A stretch of 64,000 nucleotides of DNA from Thermoleophilaceae bacterium (GCA_034664165.1 JAXDIE010000023.1:2777-66776), one strand, 5' to 3'. Shown: positions 45,453 through 54,596, counted from the stretch's first letter. Notes: generated from the letters alone by a model not told the origin. Made by a program: numbers and translations.

Positions 45453-46589
45453 TCAGCGGTCGGTGCCCCGGGCGCGGAGGTAGAGGGACGCGGCCTCTAC
45501 GCGGTTTGCCGCTCCCAGCTTGCGCAGGATCCGCTTGACGTGGGACTTGGTGGTGCCCTCGGTGATGACAAGCTTGTCGGCAATCTGGTTGTTGGTGGCT
45601 CCCTGGGCCACCAGCGCCAGGACCTCGCGCTCGCGCCGGGTGAGCTGCGCCTCGATCGCCGTCTCCACATCCCCGAAGAGCGCCGCTGCCGACCGCGCCG
45701 CGCCCGCTTCGACCGGCCCGGCGACCAGTTCGACCTGGGCCGCCAGCTGAGCAGACACCACCGAGTCCGCCTGTGCGATGAGACTCTTGAGCTCCTGGCC
45801 CTGGGAGCGCAGCCTGTCCAGCAGCTGCATGCGCTCTACAGCGAACCCGAGCCCCTCGGCGAAGGCCCAGATGGCATCGCGGTCGAAGCCGTCGACGGCA
45901 TCGATCACGCCGGGATATCGCAGGCCCTTCTCCCCGTGCAGGAACCCGATCACCCGGCCCTCGGGCATGATCGGCGCCGCGACGTAGGCGTGCGAGCCGT
46001 AAGCCCTGACGAGCGGCTTGTACGTGGAGGGGTGGTTCTGTGCGTCGTGCACGACCATCGGCCGGCGGCGGCGGATCATCTCCGACTCCAGGATCTGCTC
46101 GCGGAGCGGCGCGGGGTTGGCCCGGCTCAGCTCCAGCAGCTCCGCCGCGCGCTCAGGGTCACTGGCCACGAAGAAGCCCTCGCAGATCATCATCGCGTCC
46201 TCCACCCGATAGATGGCAACGCGATCGAAATCGCAGGCCCATGCAACCTCGGCAGGGGCCCTCCTGATCATCGCCTCACTGGCGCCGATGCCACGGAGGC
46301 GCTCGAGGGCCTCGTGAATCCGCCCGAACACCAGCAGCCTACGGCCCATGCGCTCCTCCACGAGCTCCGAGCGCACCTGGCTCAGCTCGACCAGGGCATC
46401 CCAACGCTCGCGGTCCTCGCCGGTAAGGTCCTCCTGGCGCGCGGCCAGGGCCACATCCAGGGCGTCGAGCAGGGCCTCGGCACCGCCCTTCTCGGGCACG
46501 GTGGCGCCACAGCGCTCCAGTACCTCGGCGGCGCGGGCCACCAGCGAAGCAGAGGCCGGAGCCTCCGCCGCGGAAGATCTCTGGCTCAC
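45453..46589 (-). CDS. GAF-domain LuxR-family transcriptional regulator (paralog 3)
   Basis: GAF-like block ESEMIRRRRPMVVHD...APIMPEGRVIGFLHGE. LuxR HTH LTRREREVLALVAQGATNNQIADKLVITEGTTKSHVKRILRKL. The in-frame GTG at 46589 overlaps the upstream hydrolase stop (GTGA). The track ORF extends to 47945. Confidence 0.78.
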   Translation of the reverse strand: MSQRSSAAEAPASASLVARAAEVLERCGATVPEKGGAEALLDALDVALAARQEDLTGEDRERWDALVELSQVRSELVEERMGRRLLVFGRIHEALERLRGIGASEAMIRRAPAEVAWACDFDRVAIYRVEDAMMICEGFFVASDPERAAELLELSRANPAPLREQILESEMIRRRRPMVVHDAQNHPSTYKPLVRAYGSHAYVAAPIMPEGRVIGFLHGEKGLRYPGVIDAVDGFDRDAIWAFAEGLGFAVERMQLLDRLRSQGQELKSLIAQADSVVSAQLAAQVELVAGPVEAGAARSAAALFGDVETAIEAQLTRREREVLALVAQGATNNQIADKLVITEGTTKSHVKRILRKLGAANRVEAASLYLRARGTDR

Positions 46590-47647
46590 GTGCGCCAGCC
46601 TATTTGCCGAGCAGGTTCGGCCGGAGCGTCCAGCGGGGGCGCCTGGTCGGCGGGCACGTGCGCCGCCAGGTCGGCATGCGGGCCGTCCTTCTGCCACGAG
46701 TGCATGCCCAGGCGCTTCATGGACAGGTACTTGGCGCGGCCGTGCGCATTGCCAATCACCCAGACGCCGTGGACGGAGACCGGCAGGAGCGAGTTCCAGA
46801 AGTACGGCGGGGTGGGGTCGCGCGGCTGCGGGTCGTCCTCCATCGTCACGTCCTGGCAGATGTAGCCCTCGCCGTCCTCGTAGCTCATGCGCTCGAGCAC
46901 GCGGCCGTCGGCATCGCAGATCGCCGTCTCCCCCACGCAGATGGATGGCCATGGGACCCCGGGCATGAGCATCGTGGCCATCGTGAAGTCGCCGACGTGC
47001 GAAGGGTGCACCGCGGGCACGCCGAGCATCCGGGCCATGCGCGGCGGGGTCTCGCGCGCGTACTGGAGCAACGCCTGGTGGTCGCGATCCCAGAACCACT
47101 TCTTCGTGACGCGCCATTTCGGAAAGGAGGGAAAGTGCATTCCGCCCGCCAGGAGCTGGACCTTGCCCAACATCCGGTGCACCGTGCGGGTACGGCCCCA
47201 CTCGAAGCCGTTGGCGCAGCCGATGACCCCGAGCGATGTGTTCATCACCCCGTCGTCGGTGCCGGGCGAGTAGTAGTTGTTCTCCCAGAAGCTCGGCTGA
47301 TCCTTGTCGTGCAGGTGGATGGCGCCGTCGGGCTCGCAGAGCGCGTAGGTGCCGCGCGTGTCCTGGCCGCGCACGGCTATGAAGCCGCCGCCCACCAGGC
47401 AGCCGTACTCGCGCGCCATGTTTCGCAGCAGGGCCAGCGGCTCGCCGATCAGCGGCCGGGCAACCCTGCGCATGCGCCTGTCGTAGGCGTTGGGTGAGGT
47501 CATGGCCTCGGGCAGCCAGATGGCGTCGGGCTCGTGCTCCTTTGCCGCCTGGCGGATCAGGTCCTCGAGGTGGCGGAGGTTCTTGTCGACCTCCCCTATC
47601 TGCACGCGAGGCTGGATGGCGACCATCCGACGGACCGCGTCGGGCAT
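46586..47647 (-). CDS. carbon-nitrogen hydrolase (nitrilase superfamily), long form
   Basis: 353 aa. E in WLPEAMT, K in HLHDKDQPSFWE, Cys in LGVIGCANGFEW. The start overlaps the upstream ACAD stop by 1 nt. Confidence 0.75.
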   Translation of the reverse strand: MPDAVRRMVAIQPRVQIGEVDKNLRHLEDLIRQAAKEHEPDAIWLPEAMTSPNAYDRRMRRVARPLIGEPLALLRNMAREYGCLVGGGFIAVRGQDTRGTYALCEPDGAIHLHDKDQPSFWENNYYSPGTDDGVMNTSLGVIGCANGFEWGRTRTVHRMLGKVQLLAGGMHFPSFPKWRVTKKWFWDRDHQALLQYARETPPRMARMLGVPAVHPSHVGDFTMATMLMPGVPWPSICVGETAICDADGRVLERMSYEDGEGYICQDVTMEDDPQPRDPTPPYFWNSLLPVSVHGVWVIGNAHGRAKYLSMKRLGMHSWQKDGPHADLAAHVPADQAPPLDAPAEPARQIGWRT

Positions 47648-49320
47648 CAGCGGTCCGGGCGGGCGCGCTCGAGGATTGCGTCGAGGTCGGCGCCCGCCGG
47701 GAGGTCGCCGAAGGCGCCCCCGGCGCCCTCGCCCAGGCGGGCTGCGCAGAAGGCGTCCGAAACCGCCGCGGTCGAATGGCGGACGAGCAGCGAGGCCTGC
47801 AGGGTCCGGGCCAGGCGGCCGCAGAGACCGCGGGCGGCCGCTTCGCCGACGGGATCACCGGCCAGCTCGGAGCGGATGCCCGAGATCGCGGCGTCCAGCC
47901 TGGCGTTGGCGCCGGCGGCCAACTCGATCTCGGACAGCAGCGCATCCAGCGAGGCCGGTGAGCGGCGCCAGGCGCGCAGCACGTCCAGCGCCTGCACGTT
48001 GCCCGAGCCCTCCCAGACGGACATCAGCGGCGCCTCCCTATAGGCGCGCGCGAGGCGCGACTCCTCGATGTATCCAAAGCCGCCCTGGCATTCGAGCGCC
48101 TCCGCGAGGTGCTGCGGCGCGCGCTTGCAGGTCCAGTACTTCAGCACCGGGGCGGCCAGGCGCCTGAACATCTCCGCGTCGCCATCGCCCGCATGCGCCG
48201 TCTCGTTGGCGCGGGCGAGTCGCATGGCGCCGGCCGTGGCTGCCTCGGACTCCAAGGCCAGGTCCGCGAGCACCGCCTTCATCGCCGGCTGATCGATCAG
48301 CGCCGCGCCGAAGGCCTGGCGGTGGATCGCCCAGTGGATGGCCTCGGCAGTGCCCAGCCGCATGACGGCCGTGGAGCCCAGGACGCAGTCGTGGCGGGTG
48401 CCCCCGATCATGGCCATGATGGCCCGCACGCCGTGGCCGGGCTCGCCCACCAGGCGCCCGCGGGCATTGGTCAGGACCACCTCGGCGGTGGGGTTGGAGC
48501 GGTTGCCCAGCTTGGGCTTCAGGCGGTCGAGGTGGAAGCCGTTGGGGCGACCGTCCTCGTCGAGGCGCGGGACCAGGGCGAGCGACATGCCCTGGTCCGT
48601 CTGCGCCAGTGCGAAGAAGGCATCGGACTGGACCGCGGAGACGAACCACTTGCCACCGCTCACCAGGACCTCGCCTTCGTCCCCTCCCGGAGCCGGCACC
48701 GCAACGGTGCCCGAGCCCGCCACGTCGGAGCCGCCGCTGCGCTCGGTGAGCGCCATGCCGATCAGCGCGCCGTTCTTCTGAGAGGCCGGAAGCTCGCGCG
48801 GGTCATAGACGCCCGAGGACACGAGCGGCTCCCAGTCGGCGGCCAGCCCCGGTTCCAGCCGCAGCGCGGGCACGCAGGAGTAGGTCATTGCCAGCGGGCA
48901 CGTGATGCCCGCCTCGATCTGGGCGACAAGCAGAAACCGCGCGGCACGCGCCACGTGGGCGCCCGGTCGCGGGTCGGCCCACGGGGCTCCGGCCACGCCG
49001 TTCTCGACGGCCAGCCCCAGAAGCTCGTGCCACGAGGGATCGAAGGAGATCGAATCGACCCGGGCTCCCGCCCGGTCGTAGCTCACGTGCTCGGGCGTGC
49101 GCTCGTTGGCAGCAAACCCGCGCTCGATCCAGTCGAGCCGGCCGACGATCTCTCCGAACTCGCGGACGCCGTCCTCGCGGTCGGCTCCGCCCTCGCGGCG
49201 CAGGCCCTCGAGGAGTGCGAGGTCGCCATCAAGCACGTTGTCTCCCGACCGCGCCGGTGGAAGGGGTGCCGCGACTGCGGCCTGAAACGAATCGCCGGAA
49301 ATGGCGGGGGCTATGGCCAT
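47647..49320 (-). CDS. AidB-like acyl-CoA dehydrogenase
   Basis: 557 aa from MAIAPAISG. LTERSGGSDV, KWFVSA, and a C-terminal extension as in AidB-type ACADs. The track ORF extends to 49581. Confidence 0.82.
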   Translation of the reverse strand: MAIAPAISGDSFQAAVAAPLPPARSGDNVLDGDLALLEGLRREGGADREDGVREFGEIVGRLDWIERGFAANERTPEHVSYDRAGARVDSISFDPSWHELLGLAVENGVAGAPWADPRPGAHVARAARFLLVAQIEAGITCPLAMTYSCVPALRLEPGLAADWEPLVSSGVYDPRELPASQKNGALIGMALTERSGGSDVAGSGTVAVPAPGGDEGEVLVSGGKWFVSAVQSDAFFALAQTDQGMSLALVPRLDEDGRPNGFHLDRLKPKLGNRSNPTAEVVLTNARGRLVGEPGHGVRAIMAMIGGTRHDCVLGSTAVMRLGTAEAIHWAIHRQAFGAALIDQPAMKAVLADLALESEAATAGAMRLARANETAHAGDGDAEMFRRLAAPVLKYWTCKRAPQHLAEALECQGGFGYIEESRLARAYREAPLMSVWEGSGNVQALDVLRAWRRSPASLDALLSEIELAAGANARLDAAISGIRSELAGDPVGEAAARGLCGRLARTLQASLLVRHSTAAVSDAFCAARLGEGAGGAFGDLPAGADLDAILERARPDR

Positions 49321-49371
49321 CGGGCGATCCAACCACCTTCCGGGGGCCTTTTCCAGCGACTTTCTACCCGT

Positions 49372-49391
49372 GGGGGGTGCAATTGCCCCCC
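49372..49391. promoter_or_regulatory. 20-bp GC-clamped palindrome GGGGGGTGCAATTGCCCCCC in divergent promoter region
   Basis: Read directly. A perfect GCAATTGC core is flanked by G and C runs, in the 114-bp region between divergent operons. Confidence 0.35.
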
Positions 49392-49434
49392 TTTGCGGGA
49401 TGGCCTGACCCCCCGGGGCGCGTAGGTTGTCGGC

Positions 49435-50892
49435 ATGACCAATTCCAGAGAGCAGTTCGACGTGGTGGTTGTCGGAGCCCGCTGTGCCGGCTCGGCCGCG
49501 GCCATCACCTTCGCCAACGGGGGCCGCAAGGTGCTGGCCATCGACCGGTCGGCGTTCCCCTCGGACACGCTTTCGACGCACGCCAACTTCCCCTCCTCGG
49601 TGGCCGAGATGCAGCGGCTCGGGGCCCTTCCGCGCATCCGGAAGGCGGGCGCGCCCGAGTGCCGCGAGGCCTATCTGTCCGCTGACGGCATCGCGCTTGT
49701 CACGCCCTGGGACCCGGTCGACGGAATCGACTATGGACTCTGCAATCCCAGGGAGGCGTTCGACGAAGCGCTGGTGGAGACGGCTCGCGAAGCCGGTGCG
49801 GAGGTCCGCGAGAAGACATCGCTGGTCGACGTGCTCTGGCGCGCCGGGCGTGCCTCAGGTGTCCGGGTCAAGGGCCCGGAGGGCGAATACGAGGTCGACT
49901 GCAAGCTCGTGGTAGGCGCCGACGGCCGGCGCTCCATGACCGCCTACAGAGTCGGCGCCGACGTGCCCTATCGCGGCTCCAAGAACGGTCGCGGCCTGGC
50001 CTTCTGGTACTGCGACGACCCGATGGTGGGCACGGAGTGGAGGAACCGTCTGTGCCAGTTCCGGGCCGGCGTGACCCACACCCTGCTCTTCCCCTGCCCG
50101 GACGACCGGATGCTGGTCCTCTTCATGGGCCCCGCCGAGGAGATCCCCGACTTCCGCCGCGACCCGATGGGGATGTGGGATCGCATGATGGCCGCGAACC
50201 CGGTGACCGCCGAACGCTGCGCGGGCGCCAAGAACCACTCGAAGCTGCGCTCCACGGGCTCCACGTCGGCCTTCTTCCGCCGCTCCAGCGGCCCCGGCTG
50301 GGCGCTGGCCGGCGACTCCGGCCATTTCAAGGATCCGATCATCGGCCAGGGCATGCGCGACGCCATGCGCTTCGGCCGGATCCTGGCCGAGCGTGCCGGG
50401 CCCGTGATCGACGACCCCGCCCGCCTGGACGGGGAGCTGCTCGCCACGGAGCGGCAGCGCGACGAGGAGTGCATGGCGTCCTACCACTGGGGCAACCGCG
50501 AGTCACGGATCTTCGCCCCGAGCGACTTGGTCAAGACCACCCTGGAGACATGGTCTCGAAAGGGAGAGCCGGGGGTGGCCCAGATGTTCGACAGGACAAA
50601 GCCCCCGCACCACGTGCTGAACCCCATCGTCGGGGTGAAGATGGCGACCCGTGCGGCGCTCAAGCGAGGAACCGACCGCAAGGCCCTCCTGGCGGAGATC
50701 CGCGAGGAGGCCAGGATCGACCTCGACATCTGGCGCGAGGAGATTCGCAAGCCTTTCCGGCCGACGCGGGTCTGGGCAAGCGAGCGCCCCGGATTCGACT
50801 GGCCGAGCGCCGCTCCTGCGCAGCCAAAGGAGGCAGCGGTGGCGCCCGACTCGGACACGCTCGAGAGGTCGTTGGAAGCCGTCGGCCCATGA
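49435..50892 (+). CDS. FAD-dependent oxidoreductase/monooxygenase (geranylgeranyl-reductase/UbiH-like fold)
   Basis: 485 aa. N-terminal DVVVVGARCAGSAAA dinucleotide-binding motif. GDSGHFKDPIIGQGMRDA motif. Confidence 0.75.
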   Translation: MTNSREQFDVVVVGARCAGSAAAITFANGGRKVLAIDRSAFPSDTLSTHANFPSSVAEMQRLGALPRIRKAGAPECREAYLSADGIALVTPWDPVDGIDYGLCNPREAFDEALVETAREAGAEVREKTSLVDVLWRAGRASGVRVKGPEGEYEVDCKLVVGADGRRSMTAYRVGADVPYRGSKNGRGLAFWYCDDPMVGTEWRNRLCQFRAGVTHTLLFPCPDDRMLVLFMGPAEEIPDFRRDPMGMWDRMMAANPVTAERCAGAKNHSKLRSTGSTSAFFRRSSGPGWALAGDSGHFKDPIIGQGMRDAMRFGRILAERAGPVIDDPARLDGELLATERQRDEECMASYHWGNRESRIFAPSDLVKTTLETWSRKGEPGVAQMFDRTKPPHHVLNPIVGVKMATRAALKRGTDRKALLAEIREEARIDLDIWREEIRKPFRPTRVWASERPGFDWPSAAPAQPKEAAVAPDSDTLERSLEAVGP

Positions 50893-51932
50893 GCGCCCCC
50901 GGCGAGACGCGGAAGGTCGTGGCCATCCAGCTGGCCGTGAAGCTGGGTGAGATCTCCGCCAACCTGGCCCACATCGAGGACATCGTGGGCCAGGCGGTGC
51001 GCGAGCACTCGCCGGACATGGTCTTCCTGCCCGAGGTGTCGACCACGCCGAACATCAGCCACCGGGCCATGAGGTCGTGCCACGTGCCCGTGGACGGCGA
51101 GCCGCTGGCCCTCTACCGCAAGCTTGCCCGCGAGCACGGGTGCATCGTCGGCGCGGGTGCCCTGACGGTCCGCGGCAAGGACGCGCGCAACACCTATTAC
51201 ATCTGCGAGCCGGGCGGCGCGACCCATCTGCACGACAAGGATCAGCCGTCCATGTGGGAGAACAACTACTACGGGCCGGGCAAGGACGAGGGCGTGGTGG
51301 AGCTCTCCACCGGCGGAGCGCTCGGCGTTCCCAACGGCTTCGAGTGGATGCGGTCACGTACTGCGGCCCGTCTGCGGGGCCGGGTACGCCTGGTCACCGG
51401 CGGGATGTGCTTTCCCTCCTATCCCAAGTGGGCGCTGACCCGCCCCTACTTCTGGAGGCGGGAGCACACGACGATGCTCCAGCTGTGCCGTGAGTCCCCG
51501 GGCAGGCTGGCGCGGGTGGTCGGCGCCCCTGCGGTGCATTCGGCCCACGTGGGCGACATCACCATGGAGACGCCCATGGCGGCCGGGATCGACTGGCCGA
51601 CGATCATGACGGGGGAGACGATCATCACCGATCGCCATGGCGTGATCCTGGAGCGGCTGGCCTACGAGGACGGCGAGGGCTACATCGGCACCGAAGTCGA
51701 GTGGCGCGACCCCGAGCCCCTGGATCCCGTCCCGAACAGCTTCTGGATGACCTCGCTGCCCTTCAGCACCCAGGCGGTCTGGCACATCTGCAACAACCAG
51801 GGGCGCGCCTCCTACCTGGCCAGGAAGGCCCGGGACGGGCACGCCTGGCAACACGAGCCCTACCACGGGCTGGACCTGCCCGACTCGATTCCGGGAGACC
51901 CCGTGGCGGAGGGCGCAACCGCCCAGAGTTGA
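50889..51932 (+). CDS. carbon-nitrogen hydrolase paralog lacking the nucleophile Cys
   Basis: 347 aa from MSAPGETRK (ATGA overlap with the upstream stop). Alignable end to end with 46586-47647, but reads LGVPNGFEW where the paralog reads IGCANGFEW. The track ORF starts at 50037. Confidence 0.72.
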   Translation: MSAPGETRKVVAIQLAVKLGEISANLAHIEDIVGQAVREHSPDMVFLPEVSTTPNISHRAMRSCHVPVDGEPLALYRKLAREHGCIVGAGALTVRGKDARNTYYICEPGGATHLHDKDQPSMWENNYYGPGKDEGVVELSTGGALGVPNGFEWMRSRTAARLRGRVRLVTGGMCFPSYPKWALTRPYFWRREHTTMLQLCRESPGRLARVVGAPAVHSAHVGDITMETPMAAGIDWPTIMTGETIITDRHGVILERLAYEDGEGYIGTEVEWRDPEPLDPVPNSFWMTSLPFSTQAVWHICNNQGRASYLARKARDGHAWQHEPYHGLDLPDSIPGDPVAEGATAQS

Positions 51933-51962
51933 ACCAGATTCGGGAGCGCTGGTAGCCTCGGT

Positions 51963-51975
51963 TTTGCAGTGCAAA
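51963..51975. promoter_or_regulatory. palindrome TTTGCAgTGCAAA upstream of the PucR-type regulator
   Basis: Perfect 6-bp arms, 14 nt before the GTG at 51989. Confidence 0.3.
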
Positions 51976-51988
51976 CGGAGGACAGACA

Positions 51989-53260
51989 GTGAGCGCTCTC
52001 ACGCGTCAGCGTGAGCGCCGCAGCGCCGACGACGCAGTCGTCTCGCTGGCGGCCGAAATGCGTGCGGAGCAGACCGACCTCGGCCGCAGCATGGCCGAGC
52101 ACCTCCACTCGATCATCCCCATGTTCGGCGAGGCCGACGGCGAGCTGCTTGCAGAGACGCAGGCCAGCTGCGAGGCCAACGTTGCGCAGATCCTGCAGAT
52201 GCTGGAGCGGGGCGAGGCGGCCGAGCAGCTTGTGCTTCCCCCGGCGGCCTCCGCCTACGTGGACGGCATGGTCCGCCGCGGCGTCCCTCTGCCCGTGTTG
52301 CTTCGCGCCTACCGGCTGGGCCACCAGTGGATGTGGGATTGCTGGTCCGAGCAGCTGCGCGCGCGTGTCGACGACGCCGACGCCCTGGCCGATGTCCTCG
52401 AGCATTCCTCCGCCTTCCTCTTTGGCTACATCGACCTGATCGCCGACGCTCTGGTCGAGGAGTACGGGTCCGAGCGCGACCGCCTGGTGCGCAGCGCAGC
52501 CGCGCAGCGCAGCGAAGTGGTCCGCTCGATCCTCGCGCGGGAGCCCGTGGACGAGGAGGTGGCCAGCCGCCGCCTTGGCTATGAGCTCGCGCGCGAGCAC
52601 GTGGCCATGCGCGTGAGCGGGGACCCGGGCGGCGCCGCCGAGCTGCGCGGCCTGGAGCGTGCCGCCGAGGAAGCCGCCCGCTCCCTGGGGCCGGGCAGCC
52701 CGTTGATCGTCCCGTCCGGAGTGGCCACCCTCGACGTCTGGTGGGGCGGTCACAAGGGGCCCAAGGAGGCAAGGCTCGACGTGCTCGCGAACTACGTGCC
52801 GCCCGAGGGCATCCGCGTGGCGGTGGGGCGCCCGGGCCAGGGCATCGAAGGCTTCCGCCGCTCGCGCGAGGAGGCCGCCGAGGCCGCCCGCGTCGAGTCG
52901 CTCGCGGTCGACCCGCTGGGCGAGGGCGTGACAAGCTACGAGGACGTGGAGCTGTTGTCGCTGCTGACCGCCGATGAACGACGCGCACGCCGGTTCGTCG
53001 CCAGCCGCCTGGGCGCGCTCGCCGCGCCCGATGCCGCGGTGGCCCGGTTGCGTGAGACGCTTCTTGTGTTCCTTGCGGGCAACTGCAGCAACGTCCGCGC
53101 CGCACGGGCCCTGCACGTGCACCAGAACACCGTCGTGTATCGCGTGAACCGTGCGGAGGCGCTCCTCGGCCGCACCGTCTCCGACTGCGGGCCCGAGCTG
53201 GTCTGCGCGCTGAAACTGGCCGAGATCTTCGGCGAGTCCGTACTTACCGGCGCCGAGTAG
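51989..53260 (+). CDS. PucR/CdaR-family transcriptional regulator
   Basis: 423 aa. C-terminal PucR HTH LRETLLVFLAGNCSNVRAARALHVHQNTVVYRVNRAEALLG. Confidence 0.8.
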   Translation: MSALTRQRERRSADDAVVSLAAEMRAEQTDLGRSMAEHLHSIIPMFGEADGELLAETQASCEANVAQILQMLERGEAAEQLVLPPAASAYVDGMVRRGVPLPVLLRAYRLGHQWMWDCWSEQLRARVDDADALADVLEHSSAFLFGYIDLIADALVEEYGSERDRLVRSAAAQRSEVVRSILAREPVDEEVASRRLGYELAREHVAMRVSGDPGGAAELRGLERAAEEAARSLGPGSPLIVPSGVATLDVWWGGHKGPKEARLDVLANYVPPEGIRVAVGRPGQGIEGFRRSREEAAEAARVESLAVDPLGEGVTSYEDVELLSLLTADERRARRFVASRLGALAAPDAAVARLRETLLVFLAGNCSNVRAARALHVHQNTVVYRVNRAEALLGRTVSDCGPELVCALKLAEIFGESVLTGAE

Positions 53261-53273
53261 CCGCATTGGGGCA

Positions 53274-53299
53274 ACCGGCCAAGCTAGGCCGGCTTTTCT
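53274..53299 (+). terminator. rho-independent terminator
   Basis: accggcc-aagcta-ggccgg followed by cttttct, 14 nt after the PucR stop. Confidence 0.6.
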
Positions 53300-53384
53300 G
53301 TACTGCGCGCACACGGCCTGGGCCCTGCCAGGCGGTTAGCCTGAGCCTGCTCGACGCCAAGCTTTGGAGAGAGAGGTAAATGCC

Positions 53385-53804
53385 GTGAGCGAACTTCTGA
53401 ACGGTCGCTGCCTATGCGGCAACATCACGTACTCGTGCAGCGCCGACCCGGCGATGCAGGCGCTCTGTCACTGCACGGACTGCCAGCGACAGACGGGATC
53501 GATGGGTTCGGTGCTCGTCGGCGTGCCGGCGGGAACCCTCGACGTCGCGGGCGAGACCCTTTCGACCTACGAGACGATCGGAGAGGATCGTGGCACCCCA
53601 GCCGCCCGCGCGTTCTGCTCGAACTGCGGATCGCCGATCAGCACGACGGTGCCCGAAATGCCCGAGCTCGTCTTCATCAAGGCCGGAACACTCGACGACA
53701 CGTCCTGGCTCCAGCCCCAACTCGAGGTGTGGGGAAAGTCGGCTCAGCCCTGGCTGCCCGTCGAGGAAGGCCGTCCGCGCATGGAGCGCGGACCCGAGGG
53801 CTGA
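53385..53804 (+). CDS. GFA/CENP-V family zinc protein (glutathione-dependent formaldehyde-activating enzyme-like)
   Basis: Cysteine pattern CLCGN...CHCTDCQRQTG...CSNCGSPI. GTG at 53385 follows GGAGAGAGAGG. The track ORF starts at 53364. Confidence 0.75.
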   Translation: MSELLNGRCLCGNITYSCSADPAMQALCHCTDCQRQTGSMGSVLVGVPAGTLDVAGETLSTYETIGEDRGTPAARAFCSNCGSPISTTVPEMPELVFIKAGTLDDTSWLQPQLEVWGKSAQPWLPVEEGRPRMERGPEG

Positions 53805-53834
53805 CATGACCACTATTGAAAGGAGCCCGTTTCG

Positions 53835-54596
53835 ATGAGCGATGACCTGACTGGGCGCCGGGCGTTGGTAACGGGTGCCGCACGCGGCCTGGGACTGGCT
53901 GTCGCGGAGCTGTTCCTGGAGCGCGGAGCCACCGTGATGCTGTCGGACCGCGATGGGGCCGAGGCCGAGGCCGCGGCCGACCGTCTGGGTGACAAGGCGC
54001 TCCCGAACACGTGTGATGTGACCTCCAGCGAGCAGGTCCAGGCGATGATCGCCGCGGCCGTCTCCGAGATGGGCGGGCTCGACATCCTGGTGAACAACGC
54101 CGGAATCGAGATCTCGAAGCCCATGAACGAGCACAGCGATGAGGAGTTCCTCAACCTGCTCAAGATCAACGTGCACGGGGTGTTCATGTGCACCAAGTAC
54201 GCGGTGCCCGCCCTGGCCGAGAGCAAGGGCAACATCGTGAACATGGCCTCGGTGGCCGGGCTGGGTGCCGCGCCGCTGCTCTCGGCCTACTGCTCCTCCA
54301 AGGCCGCGGTCATCGGATTCACCGAGGTCTGCGCGCTCGAGCTGCGGGACGCGGGCATCCGCGTGAACGCGGTGTGCCCGTCGTTCATCGGCACGGAGAT
54401 GGTTGACCGGATGATCCCGATCTACGAGGAGATACTCCCCTTGCCCTTCGATGAAGTCGTGAAGATCAAGCAGGGCCGACTCGGAACCTCCGAAGAGGTG
54501 GCCGAGACCGTGGCCTTCCTGGCCTCGGATGACGCCTCCTGGACCACAGGCGCCCATTTCACCCTCGACAACGCCCTCACGGCGAGCCTTCTCTGA
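53835..54596 (+). CDS. short-chain dehydrogenase/reductase
   Basis: 253 aa. TGAARGLG, NNAG, YCSSKAA. Confidence 0.88.
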   Translation: MSDDLTGRRALVTGAARGLGLAVAELFLERGATVMLSDRDGAEAEAAADRLGDKALPNTCDVTSSEQVQAMIAAAVSEMGGLDILVNNAGIEISKPMNEHSDEEFLNLLKINVHGVFMCTKYAVPALAESKGNIVNMASVAGLGAAPLLSAYCSSKAAVIGFTEVCALELRDAGIRVNAVCPSFIGTEMVDRMIPIYEEILPLPFDEVVKIKQGRLGTSEEVAETVAFLASDDASWTTGAHFTLDNALTASLL

